DNA of 64,000 nucleotides from Macrostomum lignano (Eukaryota): NCBI GenBank assembly GCA_002269645.1, contig NIVC01002974.1, positions 1 to 64,000 of the forward strand, read 5' to 3'. Shown piece by piece: positions 21,831 to 35,219 of this stretch (position 1 is its first letter; each line of letters starts with the position of its first letter). The notes under the pieces were generated by a model. It saw only the letters and a program-made list of their open reading frames with translations, ran no database searches and was not told where the DNA came from. The position numbers and the translations under genes were made by a program.

Positions 21831-23270
21831 ATGTCCCTTCCACCGAGTCTCGCAGATCTGGAGTATTACCGCGCCTACCGGCCGGAAGATGGGGAAATCG
21901 ACTTGGCCTCCTACCTGCTGGACGAGGACAACCTGGCCGAGAAGATCGAGTCCGGGTTCTACCCAACTCCCATGGTGCTGGCCCATCTGCAAGGAGCCTA
22001 AAGACCCAGACGCCACGGATGTCGGTCCGTTCCCATCGCGTCGGCTCAAGTCGGACATCTTCGACGCGGTTAACTTTTCCGAGAAGGATGAATTCGTGAA
22101 GTCGCTGCGGCCGGAGCCGCTCGCGTCGGACGCGGAATTCGCCGTGCGGCTGTTCGAGCCGAGCAGTTGCTGCCTGGACTCGGTGCGGGCGGCCTTCTGC
22201 TTCGTCTGCTGCCTGCCCGTGGACGAGCTGGCCAAGGCGGAGGTTGAGTCGGAGTTCTACACCCGGGTCAGGCGGATGCGGCAAACCGACGACATGGCGG
22301 AGGTTTTTGATTGGATGATCGAGTGAGTTCGAGCTTTGGCTCATTGTGCAAATTTTCTGAGCGATGCTGGATCTTGGATAGTTTGCTCACTTGCTGAATT
22401 TTACTATTAAATCTATATAAGATAGCTTCTATGCCATGCCCCCTTGGCTGTGTGAAAACCATCTCAGAGGTATAGATAATTGGTAACCTACTCAGAGGTA
22501 TGTAGATGAGTATGAGTAAGATGAGTATGAGTATGTGAGTAAGAAAACTTACTCAGAAGTTTTGTCAGTTTAGTGAGAAAGAACTGAAACGTCCTATAAA
22601 ATACGAATCGTAAGTCCTACTGTGAAATTTGGACTTGAGTAAAATTTACAGTCTTTTAAAAATTCAAATTAGATTTCAAAGTCTTATTTGAGGCAAAAGA
22701 AAGTTTTTGTGATAAAAAGGAAATAAGCTTTGAATTTATCTGTTAAAGAGGCGAAAATTACCTTAAAGAAATAACTCGATGTGATATTAAAACTGCAGGC
22801 TGACCAATGTGCCATCCAAAAAGATATTCGGCTACAAGAAGGGCGCGGACTACGAGAGCGGCATGGAGGCCCGGAGGTCTGGCGGCAACTGGACCGCCTG
22901 CTACGTCGAGGGCGAGTGGCGCCTCATCGATCCGCTGTGGGGCGTGCAGATCCTCACCAAGTTCGACACCGGCAACTATTCCAAACTGGACGACCAGGGC
23001 AACGTGGAGGACTCGAGGAAGTCAGAGGGACAGCTGATTTACGGTTGCAACGAGTTCTACTTCCTCACTGCTCCAGAGAACCTCATTATCACGCACTTCC
23101 CCGTGGAGGAACTGCGCCAGGGCAGCTGCTGGCCAGGCCCCTCACCCTGGCCGAGTTTCATCGAATGCCGAAGTTCTTTTCAGGGACGCTGGACGAGATG
23201 TTCCACTACAGCGTAAATCCCAGTAGCCAGCCGCTGAAAACCTGCGTCAAAAACGGCGCGGCGGAAGTCG
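21831..23270 (+). pseudogene. Hillarin / kyphoscoliosis-peptidase (transglutaminase-like) gene, frameshifted and 3'-disrupted
   Basis: Exon to 22322 (GT at 22323) splices in phase to exon from 22799 (CAG). Motifs VRAAFCFV, IFGYKKG..Y..G, WTACYVEGEWRLIDPLWG, YFLTAPENLIITHFP and QLLARPLTLAEF. Ends at a Gypsy fragment. Confidence 0.75.
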
Positions 23271-24420
23271 GCAGGCACCAGCGGGCGCGGGCGGCCGGTC
23301 ACGGTGTCGCAGATGACCTCCAGGCCGGGACGCAACGCCACGCGCTCGAGCCTCAGGCCGGTGCCGGCGAGCGCGGGATCGTCTGCCCGCTGCGCGCGCG
23401 CTAGGGCCGCGTAGTCGATGCTGGGGAGCAGCGGCTGCACAGAGGCGATGGTGCAGTCGGCCACCGGGTTGTCCTTGCCAGCCACGTGCCGGATGTCGGT
23501 GATGAACTCCGACACGTATGCGAGGTGCCGCTGCTGGCGCGCTGACCGGGGATCCGACAACTTGGCCATGGCCGCGACCAGGGGTTTTTGGTCGTTGTTT
23601 GGCGGTGAAGATGCGGCCTTCCAAAAAGTAGCGGAAATGCCGCGTGGCCAGATAGAGAGCGAGTAACTCCCGGTCGAACACGCTGTACTTTCGTTCAGCC
23701 GGTCGCAGTTAGCGGCTGAAGAAAGCGAGTGGCCGCCAGGCCTCGCCGACACGCTGCTCCAGAACCGCCCCGATGGCGGTGTCCGAGGCGTCGACCGTCA
23801 GCGCCGTTGGGGCGTCGGGCTCCGGGTGCGCAATCATGGTGGCGTCAGCCAGGGCCTGCTTCGTGCTGTTGAAAAAGTCTATCAGCTCCGGTGTCCACTG
23901 AACGATCTTGTCCTTGCTGGCCAGGACGCCGTAGATGGGGCGCAGCAACTGGGCGGCCCGCGGCACGAACCGGTGATAGAAGTTCACCATGCCGGCGAAC
24001 TCACCACGCAGGCCCTTGACGGTCGCGGGCGGTGCGAATCGGGCGATGGCTTCGACTTTGTCGGGCAGCGGCACGGCGCCCCGGCTGCTGATGCGGTCGC
24101 CCAGGAAGTCGATTTCGCTGCGGCAAAACTGGCACTTGGCTGGATTGACGAGGAGGCCGTTGTCTGCCAGGCGCTGGAAAAGCGTGCGCAGGTGCTCCAG
24201 ATGCTGCTGAGGGCCGCTGCTCGCCACTAGAAAGTCGTCGATATAGGCGAACACAAAGTCCAGGCCCTGGCAGACCGTGTCAAGCAGCCGTTGGAAGGCC
24301 TGGGCGGCGTTTTTGAGTCCGAATGGCATCCGGAGAAACTCGAACAGGCCAAATGGCGTGATGATGGCCGTCTTGGCGATGTCGGCCTCGGCAACCGGGA
24401 TCTGGTGGTAGCCCCGCACC
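23270..24420 (-). mobile_element. Ty3/Gypsy pol fragment (RT-RNase H), degenerate
   Basis: RGYHQIPV...MPFGLKNA...YIDDFLV; TVDASD; FDRELLA; TDHKP-like and NPVAD motifs with frameshifts. Confidence 0.9.
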
Positions 24421-24591
24421 AGGCCGCCAAAATTACGAGCACTTATAGGGTCGCACTTTGAGCACTGTCAAAGCTATAGCTCTGGCTCAATGTAGCAACT
24501 GGGATCCCAGTGATAGTGCAAGGACAACTAAAGCAACGCATATACAGGACGCGACACTCGCAATCTATGGAAAATGTCAGTAATGTCAGCA

Positions 24592-26290
24592 TCGATAATG
24601 CCTCTCTAGCATCGATAATGCCACTCTAGCATTGATAATAAGGTCGATAATGCCACTCTAGCATCGATAATGCCACTCTAGCATTGATAATGCCACTCTA
24701 GCATTGATAATGCCACTCTAGCATCGATAATGCCACTCTAGTATCGATAATGCCACTCTAGCATCGATAATGCCACTCTAGCATTGATAATGCCACTCTA
24801 GCATCGATAATGCCACTCTAGCATTGATAATAGCACTCTAGCATCGATAATGCCACTCTAGCATTGATAATAAGGTCGATAATGACACTCTAGCATTGAT
24901 AATGCCACTCTAGCATCGATAATGCCACTCTAGCATTGATAATAGCACTCTAGCATCGATAATGCCACTCTAGCATTGATAATAGCACTCTAGCATCGAT
25001 AATGCCACTCTAGCATTGATAATGCCACTCTAGCATTGATAATGCCACTCTAGCATCGATAATGCCACTCTAGCATTGATAATAGCACTCTAGCATCGAT
25101 AATGCCACTCTAGCATTGATAATAAGGTCGATAATGACACTCTAGCATTGATAATGCCACTCTAGCATCGATAATGCCACTCTAGCATTGATAATGCCAC
25201 TCTAGCATCGATAATGCCACTCTAGCATTGATAATAGCACTCTAGCATCGATAATGCCACTCTAGCATTGATAATGCCACTCTAGCATTGATAATGCCAC
25301 TCTAGTATCGATAATGCCACTCTAGCATTGATAATAGCACTCTAGCATTGATAATGCCACTCTAGTATCGATAATGCCACTCTAGCATTGATAATAGCAC
25401 TCTAGCATTGATAATGCCACTCTAGCATCGATAATGCCACTCTAGCATTGATAATGCCACTCTAGCATCGATAATGCCACTCTAGCATTGATAATAAGGT
25501 CGATAATGCCACTCTAGCATTGATAATAGCACTCTAGCATCGATAATGCCACTCTAGCATTGATAATAGCACTCTAGCATCGATAATGCCACTCTAGCAT
25601 TGATAATAAGGTCGATAATGCCACTCTAGCATTGATAATAGCACTCTAGCATCGATAATGCCACTCTAGCATTGATAATAGCACTCTAGCATCGATAATG
25701 CCACTCTAGCATTGATAATAAGGTCGATAATGCCACTCTAGCATTGATAATAGCACTCTAGCATCGATAATGCCACTCTAGCATTGATAATAGCACTCTA
25801 GCATCGATAATGCCACTCTAGCATTGATAATAAGGTCGATAATGCCACTCTAGCATTGATAATAGCACTCTAGCATCGATAATGCCACTCTAGCATTGAT
25901 AATAGCACTCTAGCATCGATAATGCCACTCTAGCATTGATAATAAGGTCGATAATGACACTCTAGCATTGATAATAGCACTCTAGCATCGATAATGCCAC
26001 TCTAGCATTGATAATGCCACTCTAGCATTGATAATAAGGTCGATAATGACACTCTAGCATTGATAATGGCACTCTAGTATCGATAATGGGATTCTAGCAT
26101 CGATAATGGTACTCTAACATCGATAATGGCACTCTATTATCGATAATGGCATTCTAGCATCGATATTTGCACTCTAGCATCGACAATGGCACTCTAGAAT
26201 AAATTATGCCACTTCAACATTAATAATAACGTCGATAATGGCACTCTATAATGACGGCGATCGATAATGACACTCTAGCATCTACAATGC
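24592..26290. repeat. 20-bp minisatellite (GATAATGCCACTCTAGCAT[T/C]) with a 112-bp higher-order repeat
   Basis: About 80 units. The AAGGTC variant recurs at 25498, 25610, 25722, 25834 and 25946 (112-bp spacing). Units degrade at the right edge. Confidence 0.97.
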
Positions 26291-29200
26291 ACGCATAAAT
26301 TGGCCCTAAGTGGACATTGCCACTTCTGTATAGTCAGTAGATCATCAGATCCCGCATTCCATCACCAGCCCATCAGCTGGCGGCCCACCGCAGGCAGCAG
26401 AAGCAGCCGAGCAGCAGCAGCAGAACTCCGCGGCAAAGCCAAATGCTGGCCCAAACGGACATGCCGGCAGCGATGAAAAGTTTGTCTAATTTGAGTCTGT
26501 CTTCAAGAAAACAAAATTTCTGGTGCCGCGTAGAATTTGCTTGAGTTTGCAGCTTTAACTGGCCTCAGCTGCCACTCAGACTCCGCTACTCCTCATCGCC
26601 CTAATGATTGGAGCTCAGTTGTTGAAAAATTTATATCATGTCTAGAGCTGTCTCACTAGCAATTTACCATGGAAACAGCATTGAGGCACTGTTTAGCCAA
26701 AAACTAAGAGAGTATTTGCAGCTGCCTTCTCTCTCCTTGCCTGGCGTCTTTGAATGTTTCTGTTGAAAAATTTCACCCAGTCTGGGTTGAGTAGCTCCCA
26801 TTGTGTTTGCTGAACGTGAGCAGCCTACCTGAGAACCCCTCTCAGAGCTGCCTGGGGCACTCGCCAGGTGTAGTAGAGAACGGAAGATTGCATCGGGAGC
26901 CAAGGAACACAGAAAGTTAATCAAATTCTACAAAAAATCCTTGATGCATTTCTTGGTGATATTGCAATAAAATTCAGGCAATTTCTCTTTAGCTTCCATG
27001 TCTGCCTAATTAGCAACATGCCCAAGTGCCATATGTCTACCCCTAGTCCGTGTCAGTTCTTTTTGCAATTACGAGACAGAGATTTACAAATTAACAAATT
27101 GATGTAACAACGCTCTGGTCGCGGGATAGGGCATGGGAACTTTTTCGAAAGTGCCTCCTATCCCGTGCACCCCCTGCACAGAGCTGTCGAGAATCTGCCA
27201 GGTCGTCGACAAGGCCTGGAGACTCCCGCTCTGCTGCACCCCTCCTGCTGCCTTGGTTCCGTCTCCCCTGCCGCCACACCTGCCTTTCCGGAGCTCCCTA
27301 CCCCTCTCTGTACCTCCCCCTCTACCCTATCTCTTCTGTTTTCCGCCCTATTCTTCCTGTACTTTCCCTATCCCCCCTCTTTTTGTCTCCCTCTGCACTC
27401 TTTTCCTGCGCTGTCCCCTCTTTCCCTCTTTCTCCCCATCCCCTCTCAAACTCCCAAACGGTGACGCAAGTCGTGTGACCCCTTCTCCCCCTCGGTGACT
27501 CATCGATGACTCATACCCCTCTCTTGCGCAACCTTTTCTCACGCTATTGTTCTCCTTCTTAAATTTCTCATGCGACACCCACCCCACCTTCGCTTCTATT
27601 GTTCTGGTTTTTGATTCTTTTGTTCTCTCGACCCCCACCAATTATCACATTTTCTCCGATTTTCTCTTTCTTTTGTTCTCGTTTTCGCACCTAATTATCA
27701 CCTTTTCTCCAATGTTTACTTTTCCATTGTTCTCAGTTTTCCCCAATTATCCCCTATTTCCAATTCCTTTGTTCTCGACCCCAGCCCTATTGTTCTCAAT
27801 GTTTGCTTGCGCAACACTTTCGCGACCTCCCGCTGCGCCAATTATCCCCCCACCCCACCTCCAGATTGCGCAATTTCCCTATTTCTCATGTTGCTATGCC
27901 GGTCTGATGCTTCTCATCATGACTCATTCTGACGTCATTCTGCCGGCAGCCAATAAGAGAGAGGGAGTCATGGAAACGACCTTTAAGCGGCGGCTGGGAA
28001 GGCTATAAAAGGAAGCGATTTCGGCATGAGAATGCTCACTTCGTGAGTCCTCCGGGCTCTTAGTCTTTCTTTAGACTTGCTGTCAGACTGAGTTCTGACC
28101 CATTCGTCTATAAGACGAATCCCTGCCGGTCCGCGGTCTGTTACCGCCAAGTTATCCTTAGCTCCCCAAGTGAGCTCGCCTATCGGCCAGCGGTCTGATA
28201 CCGCCCAGCATCATCAGCATCGCCTGATCTACATCAGCGCCTCGTCGCTTGAGCGCATCGCCGCTTCACCGTCTGCCTGACTGCAGCCTACAGCCGCCCT
28301 CGGTCACTCCGCCTCTCTCTCTCTCTCTCTGTGCAGCTGCCGGTAAGTTCCTTACTAATTTGTGCTCTAATTGCCTTTGCTTATCCGGGGTTTGCCTATT
28401 TTCCATTGTCTGATTAGAAAGCTGAGCCAATTGTGATACCGTAACTTTTTGCTGTATTTTACTCAATAGTGAAGCCGCCTAATTGCCTGATTATTTGCCT
28501 AAGGGCCTAATTATTAACTATTAACTAACCTCAATCATTATTCACTCTTTCACCCATGGCTTGCTAAGTCTTTCTCCCGGGGTGGCGAAGCGTAAGGAAG
28601 TTTGGGTAAGCTAATGGCCTCTCCCCGTGCACAGCCCGCCTGTGAGTGCGTGCTGCGGGGCCGCGTGTGCGTGCAGTAGAGGGATTAGCGAGTCTTGGCA
28701 CAGAATGGCAGTAGGAAGGTTGCAACCCCATGCTGACGCGTCCCTTCGCCCTGAGCAATCTAAGCTATAGACAGTACATGTTCGCCTCATACTACTCTTA
28801 GTAATCAAAGTCACAAGTTAGCCTCGCTCACAGCCACAAAGGATCCCCTGCTGAGAAATCCTCCAGATTGAACCCAGAGTTCCCGATCATGCCCCCAAGC
28901 AGAGTCCCTGTACTCGGCTGCATGTGTCTCCCCTGTTAGCCTAAATCTCCTGGTAACCATCCCAGGCGGGGCTCTAGCCTCGAGAGGTCTGGTAGAAAGA
29001 TCCAGGTGCGCCAGGTCACATAGAGTGGTGGCAGCCACTCGGTCATACTATGACCGAGTGACCAACTATTGCACCTTGGCTACAGGTGGGGTCCATGTGG
29101 GTCCTTGGCCCTCTGGTCACAAAGCGCTACCAAAGCTATCAATCATGTGGGCGGGACAGTCTGGTGCTGGAGGTCCGTCAGGCCATTGCCCGGTCATAGG

Positions 29201-31031
29201 CAGCCTACGGTCATTGCTCCCTCTAGTCATGCGTCCGTCTCTCCAACGGAGCGGACAGGCGACAAGGGCGGTTACATAAAAATTCCATAATTCTCATGAC
29301 GGTTCATATTAACTTGGGCTTGACGCTTGTGCGCGAAAATTGGCCAGGAAGTTGTCGTGCGATTCACAGCCATGAGGGCCAAACCCCAAGGCACCGCTGT
29401 ACACCCTGTGTGAGCGTGTGTTATGAGTGCGTGCCCTGCTTCTTATATGCTCAGGAGTCAGAGTTATCGGCAGAATTGCCTCAAGAGCGTTGAGCAGCCC
29501 TTCTGCAATAATTGTTGCAAAAATAAATTAATTAATTAATGAAAGTTGATAGACGAACAGAAACGCACTTTTGCAACAGAACGATTGCATAAAAGACTCA
29601 AGCGAGAGCCACTACCACCAGGCACAATGGCTAGATGAAAACACGAGATAGCCCCTTTAGGCCTGCATTCTTGTCTATTTTAACTGCATGCAGCCAATCT
29701 AACGATGAGAGCTCCGCAAAGTTCTGTTTCTCTCCCTGGGGTCTGGGACCTTTGAATGCATGCAAGTCTAACAGAATTATTAGACATTAGATAAGGTGTC
29801 TTGTCTGTCAAATGATAGAAAAAAGACATCGATTAACAGTTGCTGAGTACCTCTGCATCTGAGACTTAAAAATATTTTTATTAAAAACTGTGAACCTGTC
29901 GGTTGGTTATTGAATCGATCAGAGAGTTTTAAGTGCTTAACTTTGAGATTCTTAACTTTGAGGTTTAGGCAGTAAATCTTAGTACCAAAGCTAACTCAAG
30001 CAAACTGTAAGACTTCTCTCTCGGGCTTCGGTTATGGTTCTCTCTCGTAGTCGTCTAGCAGTCTTGTTGGATTACTTTTGCGTCTTCGAAGCCTAAGAGA
30101 GCTTACAACAAGAGATCGTTACCAGGCTGCTTATTACTCGCGCCTACGGCACAAATGATGAAGATTAAGTAGACTCAAGGGTTTTGTGAAGTGCACAGGA
30201 CTTCCAGACTTAACTCTGACTCTTTTCTCCGTTGCCCATTTCGGGGCCGAGGCCGTGTCTATTATATAGATTATTTGATACACGTCATCCCCCGCCGCTG
30301 ATTAGCAACGGCGGGGTGCCCAAACAGACGCAGCAACATTAGATTAGCGCGTTGCTACGGGGCGAGAGAGATAATCTGCTATCGGTTAATTGGTCGCATC
30401 AGGCGATGGTTAAAGGTCAGTTCAGGGTTCATCGTTCGAGTCAATTCGCACGTCAGACCCCTCGTGCGTCCCTCGGTGAGTCGTCCTCTTATTCCCTGGG
30501 GTCGTTCGTCACCGCTGACCTTGGCCTGTTGACCATTGCTTTATCTCGCCCGCCAGTCGGGCTTTGTGTCGTATTGCTTCTCCTGGCACCGCGCCGACTG
30601 GCTCTACCTGGTACCTCGGCCGATTTGATATCATCTGGTTTTAGTCTGAAATCTTGGGGGAAAGTCAAAGTTAGTTTCTTATCTATCGCTTATTTCGCTT
30701 TCTTGCCGTTCTTTTAATTTCTCATTTGAGCGCCTTATCTCTAATTGAACTTTCGCCCCCTGTTTTTTGCTTCTTGCTTTGTCCTTTAGCGAACTCCTAT
30801 TTGTCCCAACTTTCATAATTTCTAATCCCTATACAAACATTAAATGCACGCATGCAATTTAGAAGGCAGAAAAAGGCAAGCAAGATTAGGAAAGCAGGGG
30901 GAGGCCACGGTTATCTTAGACGCACAAGCAATAAAGCGGAGATCTGAGGAGCTGACTTTCTGACACCTGATGGGCTGCATGCAGTATATAATGTATATTG
31001 GACAGATAAGCAAAATCTGGCTCGAAAACTC

Positions 31032-31155
31032 GGAAATTCCAAACTCCAGCGGCCTCTATAAATGTAACTCGCAGTCTCTGCAAAAAATTTGAGACTCTTC
31101 GACAGCTAAGTGAGTCATAGAAATAAACCACCAACTCAGCAATAATTCAGCACAG
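31032..31155 (+). promoter_or_regulatory. Candidate promoter and non-coding first exon of the cysteine-rich peptide gene
   Basis: GGAAATTCC (kB-like) at 31032-40, TATAAA at 31057-62, donor CAG|GTGAGT at 31155/31156, and acceptor TTTCAG at 31857 just before the ATG. Confidence 0.4.
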
Positions 31156-31858
31156 GTGAGTCATTTTCTCAGGCTGTGCCATGAATTGTGTGCCTCATTT
31201 GAGCCGCCTCCAGTTCAGTAGGATTTTGTGGCCAACTTGAAGCCCAAAATCCCATGCTGTATTTTTTTCCTCATCCAAGCAGCATTCAAATGGCTAAATA
31301 TTTATTATGCATCTCACTTATTAGTTATTGATTATACTTCATAGAATTTCCGAGAACACGAGAACACGTCCGAGAACTAAAAATTCCTAAAGATTCCTAA
31401 AAATTATTGTACCTTTTTCTGGCGTGCTAGTTGCTTAAATTTACCACATTGGAATCTTTTCCTATCCTATAATTATTTATGAGTTCGTTTTTGGTGCCGT
31501 CACGTGCACATGCAGGCTGGTAGTGTTGCTCACCTATAGCAACTGACTAGCACTCTGAGCTTTCCCATCGCTCTCCATCCTCATCGCTCGCTCCTTCCCC
31601 TTTAGTCAAAGCTGCTCTTACCAGGCCAAGTGTAATTATTTCAAAGGTTACAGAGGTTACAAGTTACAAAGGTTGAGTCGCAGATGATTTGTCAATTAAA
31701 AATAATATTTTCCCTGCTTGTTCCATTTCAAGCCCTCGTGAATCTGTGCAGCATACTTGGGCACCCATTAACATTTTCTTGTTGGTCTCACAGTTTCCCG
31801 GCTTGTTTTATTCAAGTAAATGCAAGTAGGCGTTCTCCTGTTGTTTAAATCTTTCAGA

Positions 31859-32086
31859 ATGTCACTGATACTCATCCTTTTCGTAAGTCTTGCGGCAGTC
31901 CTGGTGCACCCATCCGAGCAAGTAAGCAGCTTGTTCACGTGCAGCGCACTCGATGGCGTCGGAAATGGGGGATGCTGGTTCAACGATTGGCAAAAGCGGG
32001 ACATGCACTGCAGCGCCCGTTGCTGGAATAACCGCTGGTCCTACAGCTTCTGGTTTGGCAGGTGCTACTGCTGTTTATGCTATTGA
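31859..32086 (+). CDS. Secreted 8-cysteine peptide, CS-alpha-beta defensin-like (75 aa)
   Basis: Signal peptide MSLILILFVSLAAVLVHPS; mature region C-x10-C-x11-C-x3-C-x13-C-x-C-C-x-C, rich in Trp and Gly. Confidence 0.65.
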   Translation: MSLILILFVSLAAVLVHPSEQVSSLFTCSALDGVGNGGCWFNDWQKRDMHCSARCWNNRWSYSFWFGRCYCCLCY

Positions 32087-32461
32087 GCGTATGCGACATC
32101 TGAGTTACAATTATAACATTGCATGCGACTTCGCTTGCATTATCGTTTTAGAAGTAAAAGTTGTACAACTGCGTATGTTATCGTGCAAGAGTATGCGGTC
32201 AATGTAACACCTTTAATTTGTGATGGATAATACGATCCAAATCGTACAATACGATCGTACAATCGATCCAATACGATCGTAACAAATATACGAGGGTCCG
32301 TAGGGTCCGAGGCTCGTATTTGTTGTGGACGAGCTCTGCTACGAGATATTTGTATGCTCTATACAAGTGCAAATTCACTTGTGCTTATGCTACGCTTTTA
32401 CGAGCGTATATGCAGCTGGGAAGCTGGCTATGGTGCTGACGGCCCTTTCTCGGGTACAGGC

Positions 32462-33252
32462 TGTGACGTTGTCAGTTTCAGTGGCCCCGCCAAGGGCCGT
32501 TTTGACAATGTACCGATCTTTAATATTGCCGGTATTGTATTTTAACGTCTGCTTAAAGTAGTGCCCTAAGAATTTATTCAACTGCATACAAATGTAAACT
32601 CTGCGTACAGCGCGCGATCAATAATTTTTGTTCTTGTTTTTTCGCAGTTAGCCAATAGAAATACGCCGCATTAATTTTACTAATTTCTCTCGCGCGCCAC
32701 CCCCCAGCCCGGTCCTTATCAGTTCTGTCTGGCCGTGCGCTCGGGGCCTTTCTCCTTTTTTTTCGTCCCTTTCTCTCGTTCCTTCGTCTCTCGCTCCGGG
32801 CGCTCCTGTCTGCCCCACTGTTTGGACTTTAACTCCGCCGCCACCCCGTCTGGGGCCTGTTAGACTTCGTTAGCCTCTCGCACCCTTGCGAATCTGTGTA
32901 GCCTGTAGGCTCTGACTGCCTTATTTAGTCACTTGCCTTCTCTCCGCCATAGTTCTAGCCACGCCTTTGCCACTTCTAGCCACGTCTCTGCTAGTTCTAG
33001 CTACGCCTTTGTCAGTTCTAGCCACGCCTTTGCCACTCCTAGCCACGCCGTCTCTAATATTTAAGCTAATTATTATATTGTTGTGTAGCCGCCAGTGCAT
33101 TATTAATCAACGTAAAGAAGTAACAATAAACCAATCTGCATCCTGCGTTAGTAATAACGCTGATTTGATTACTGCCTACCGCTACAATTCTGCCTCTACC
33201 ACATTTATTTGTCTTCGTTTGCTCTCGAGGCCACCACGCCAATAACGTCACA
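32462..33252 (+). mobile_element. Solo LTR (~790 bp)
   Basis: TGTGACGTT...AACGTCACA termini; flanks CAGGC/CAGGT (5-bp TSD with 1 mismatch); ends and internal motifs are similar to 49219-50048. Confidence 0.8.
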
Positions 33253-34299
33253 CAGGTCCTCGGATGCGATGTGAGGCAAAAAGCCCATAGGAAATAAAAG
33301 AATAAAAATAAGGAATAGCCAGAGCTGAGGCTAGGAGCAGACCAAAGTCAGCTGCATTTCATTTTCCATTAACCCTCCGCCTTTTATTTGTTGGTTAAAG
33401 GCACAACAATATTAACTAGCAAAAAACGAAAACGTTTTTGATCTTCTCTTTTCTTATCACACAGCTTTTCTTTAAATTGGACAAAAGTTATACATCCAAA
33501 AATGAATTGAATTTTGTTTAAGCAAAGCATGCGAAATATCAGAGCCAGACGTAGGCCAGGGCTCGAGCGAATGATGGAGCGTCAATGTTTAAAGGCGATA
33601 TCGCCCCGAAGGAAAAATCGATAGAGACAAGTGGAGTGTGCAGGCGCGTAAATCAGTTCGCATGGTCTGTACATTAAAGGAGTCAGAGAATCTTAAAAAT
33701 GCAGTCTGTCTACTCATTTTGCGCTGTTTTGAATTATAAGTGACTGTATTTTTTTTCCAGAACCGCCTGGCCAATTTCTGCTAAATTAGTGAAACTTAGT
33801 GAAACGGTCATGCAGATAGCGCTTTTCGATGAAAAATTCGAATGCGTCAAATGTTAGAAAAACTACTAGCAATCTACGCCCCCCGTTAGAGAGCCAAAGA
33901 AATGCAATGCACGTTTTTTTAATTAGCTACTTGTAGAAATCTTAAAAATCTCCTGTCAAACTTCTAACCCCAACCCTAACCCTAAATCATCAACATTTTA
34001 GTAATTCTCCCCAAGAGTCATTATAACACTGCAGCATTATAGCGATTCCCAGCAAGCCTCGACATCGTTGGTATTCACAAATGAATCTCTTAACTTCGAC
34101 ATGACGCTTCTTTTATTTTTTACATGACAACCCCCACGGGAGGAGCCCAACAAATAATGTAATTAAAAGTTTTTAATAACCTACATGCAGCTTCTGAGTC
34201 CTGACTTTAGCCTTGACATCTCAGCTATCCCCCGTAAGCTTTGAAATGAAAGTAATTCTTCCCAAGAGTCACAGCACACAGTTTAATGTGACGTTTTTT

Positions 34300-34590
34300 A
34301 CATGACGCTTCTTTTATGTCTGACATGACGTTTCTTTTACGTTTGACATGACGTTTCTTTTATGTTTGTCATGACGTTTCTTTTATATTTAACATTACGT
34401 TTCTTTTATGTTTGACATGACGTTTCTTTTATGTTTGACATGACGTTTCTTTTATGTTTGAAATTACATTTCTTTTATGTTTGTCATGACGTTTCTTTTA
34501 TGTTTGACATTACTTTTCTTTTATGTTTGACATTACTTTTCTTTTATGTTTGAAATTACATTTCTTTTATGTTTGACATGATGCTATTTT
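34300..34590. repeat. 23-bp minisatellite (TTTTATGTTTGACATGACGTTTC) within a region of duplicated blocks (~34010-35210)
   Basis: About 12 tandem units; related degenerate units at 35030-35210; recurring AGCCTTGACATCTCAGC blocks. Confidence 0.85.
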
Positions 34591-35219
34591 GTTTGATTCT
34601 ACCTTTGAGTAAACTACATCGTTTATACTACCTGTTTAACCAACAGCTTCTCTTTGCAATAACCTCAGCAATCCCTTGTGAGCCTTGACATCTCAGCAAT
34701 TCTTCTTCCCTAAGCCTTGACATATTAGTCCTCCCCCTCCCTTAAGAATCACAGCATTATAGCGATTCCCTCAAAGCCTTGACATTGTATCAATTCCCAA
34801 ATGAATCTTTTAACTTCAACATGACTCTTCTTTTATCTCTACATAATGCTTCTTTTCTTTTTTCATGACGCTTCTTCTATCAGCGCCCCTCCCTGTGGCG
34901 AGCCAAAAAAGAACGTAATAAAAAATTGAGTAAATTACATGTAGCTTCTGGCTTTTGCCAAAAGTTATTATCCGTGAGCCTTGACATCTCATGAATTCTC
35001 CCTAACAGTCACAGCTCAGTTTTACGCGACGGTTCTTCTATTATTCGATGACACTTCTATGATTTTTACCTGACGCTTCTTTTACTTTTCACATGACGCT
35101 TACATGATTTTTTCATGAAGCTTTTATGATTGTTTGAATGACGCTTCTATGAATTTTTACATGACGCTTATATGATTTTTTACACGACGCTTCTAAGATT
35201 TTTTTCACTTCTCTAAGTT

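Noticed and set aside
24592-26290. CRISPR-like array
   Set aside because: Units are contiguous with no unique spacers, there are no cas genes, and the context is eukaryotic.
27091-27280. Possible extreme C-terminus of another R2-like ORF on the minus strand
   Set aside because: Similarity is too short and weak to support a call.
27500-30720. Possible LTR, DIRS or 5'UTR-like sequences, including a perfect 25-bp palindrome at 29036-29060 and TATA-like motifs
   Set aside because: No paired termini, TSD, PBS or coding motif could be established by eye; left unannotated.
33964-33985. Telomere-like (CCCTAA)n
   Set aside because: Only about three imperfect units; insufficient to call an interstitial telomere.
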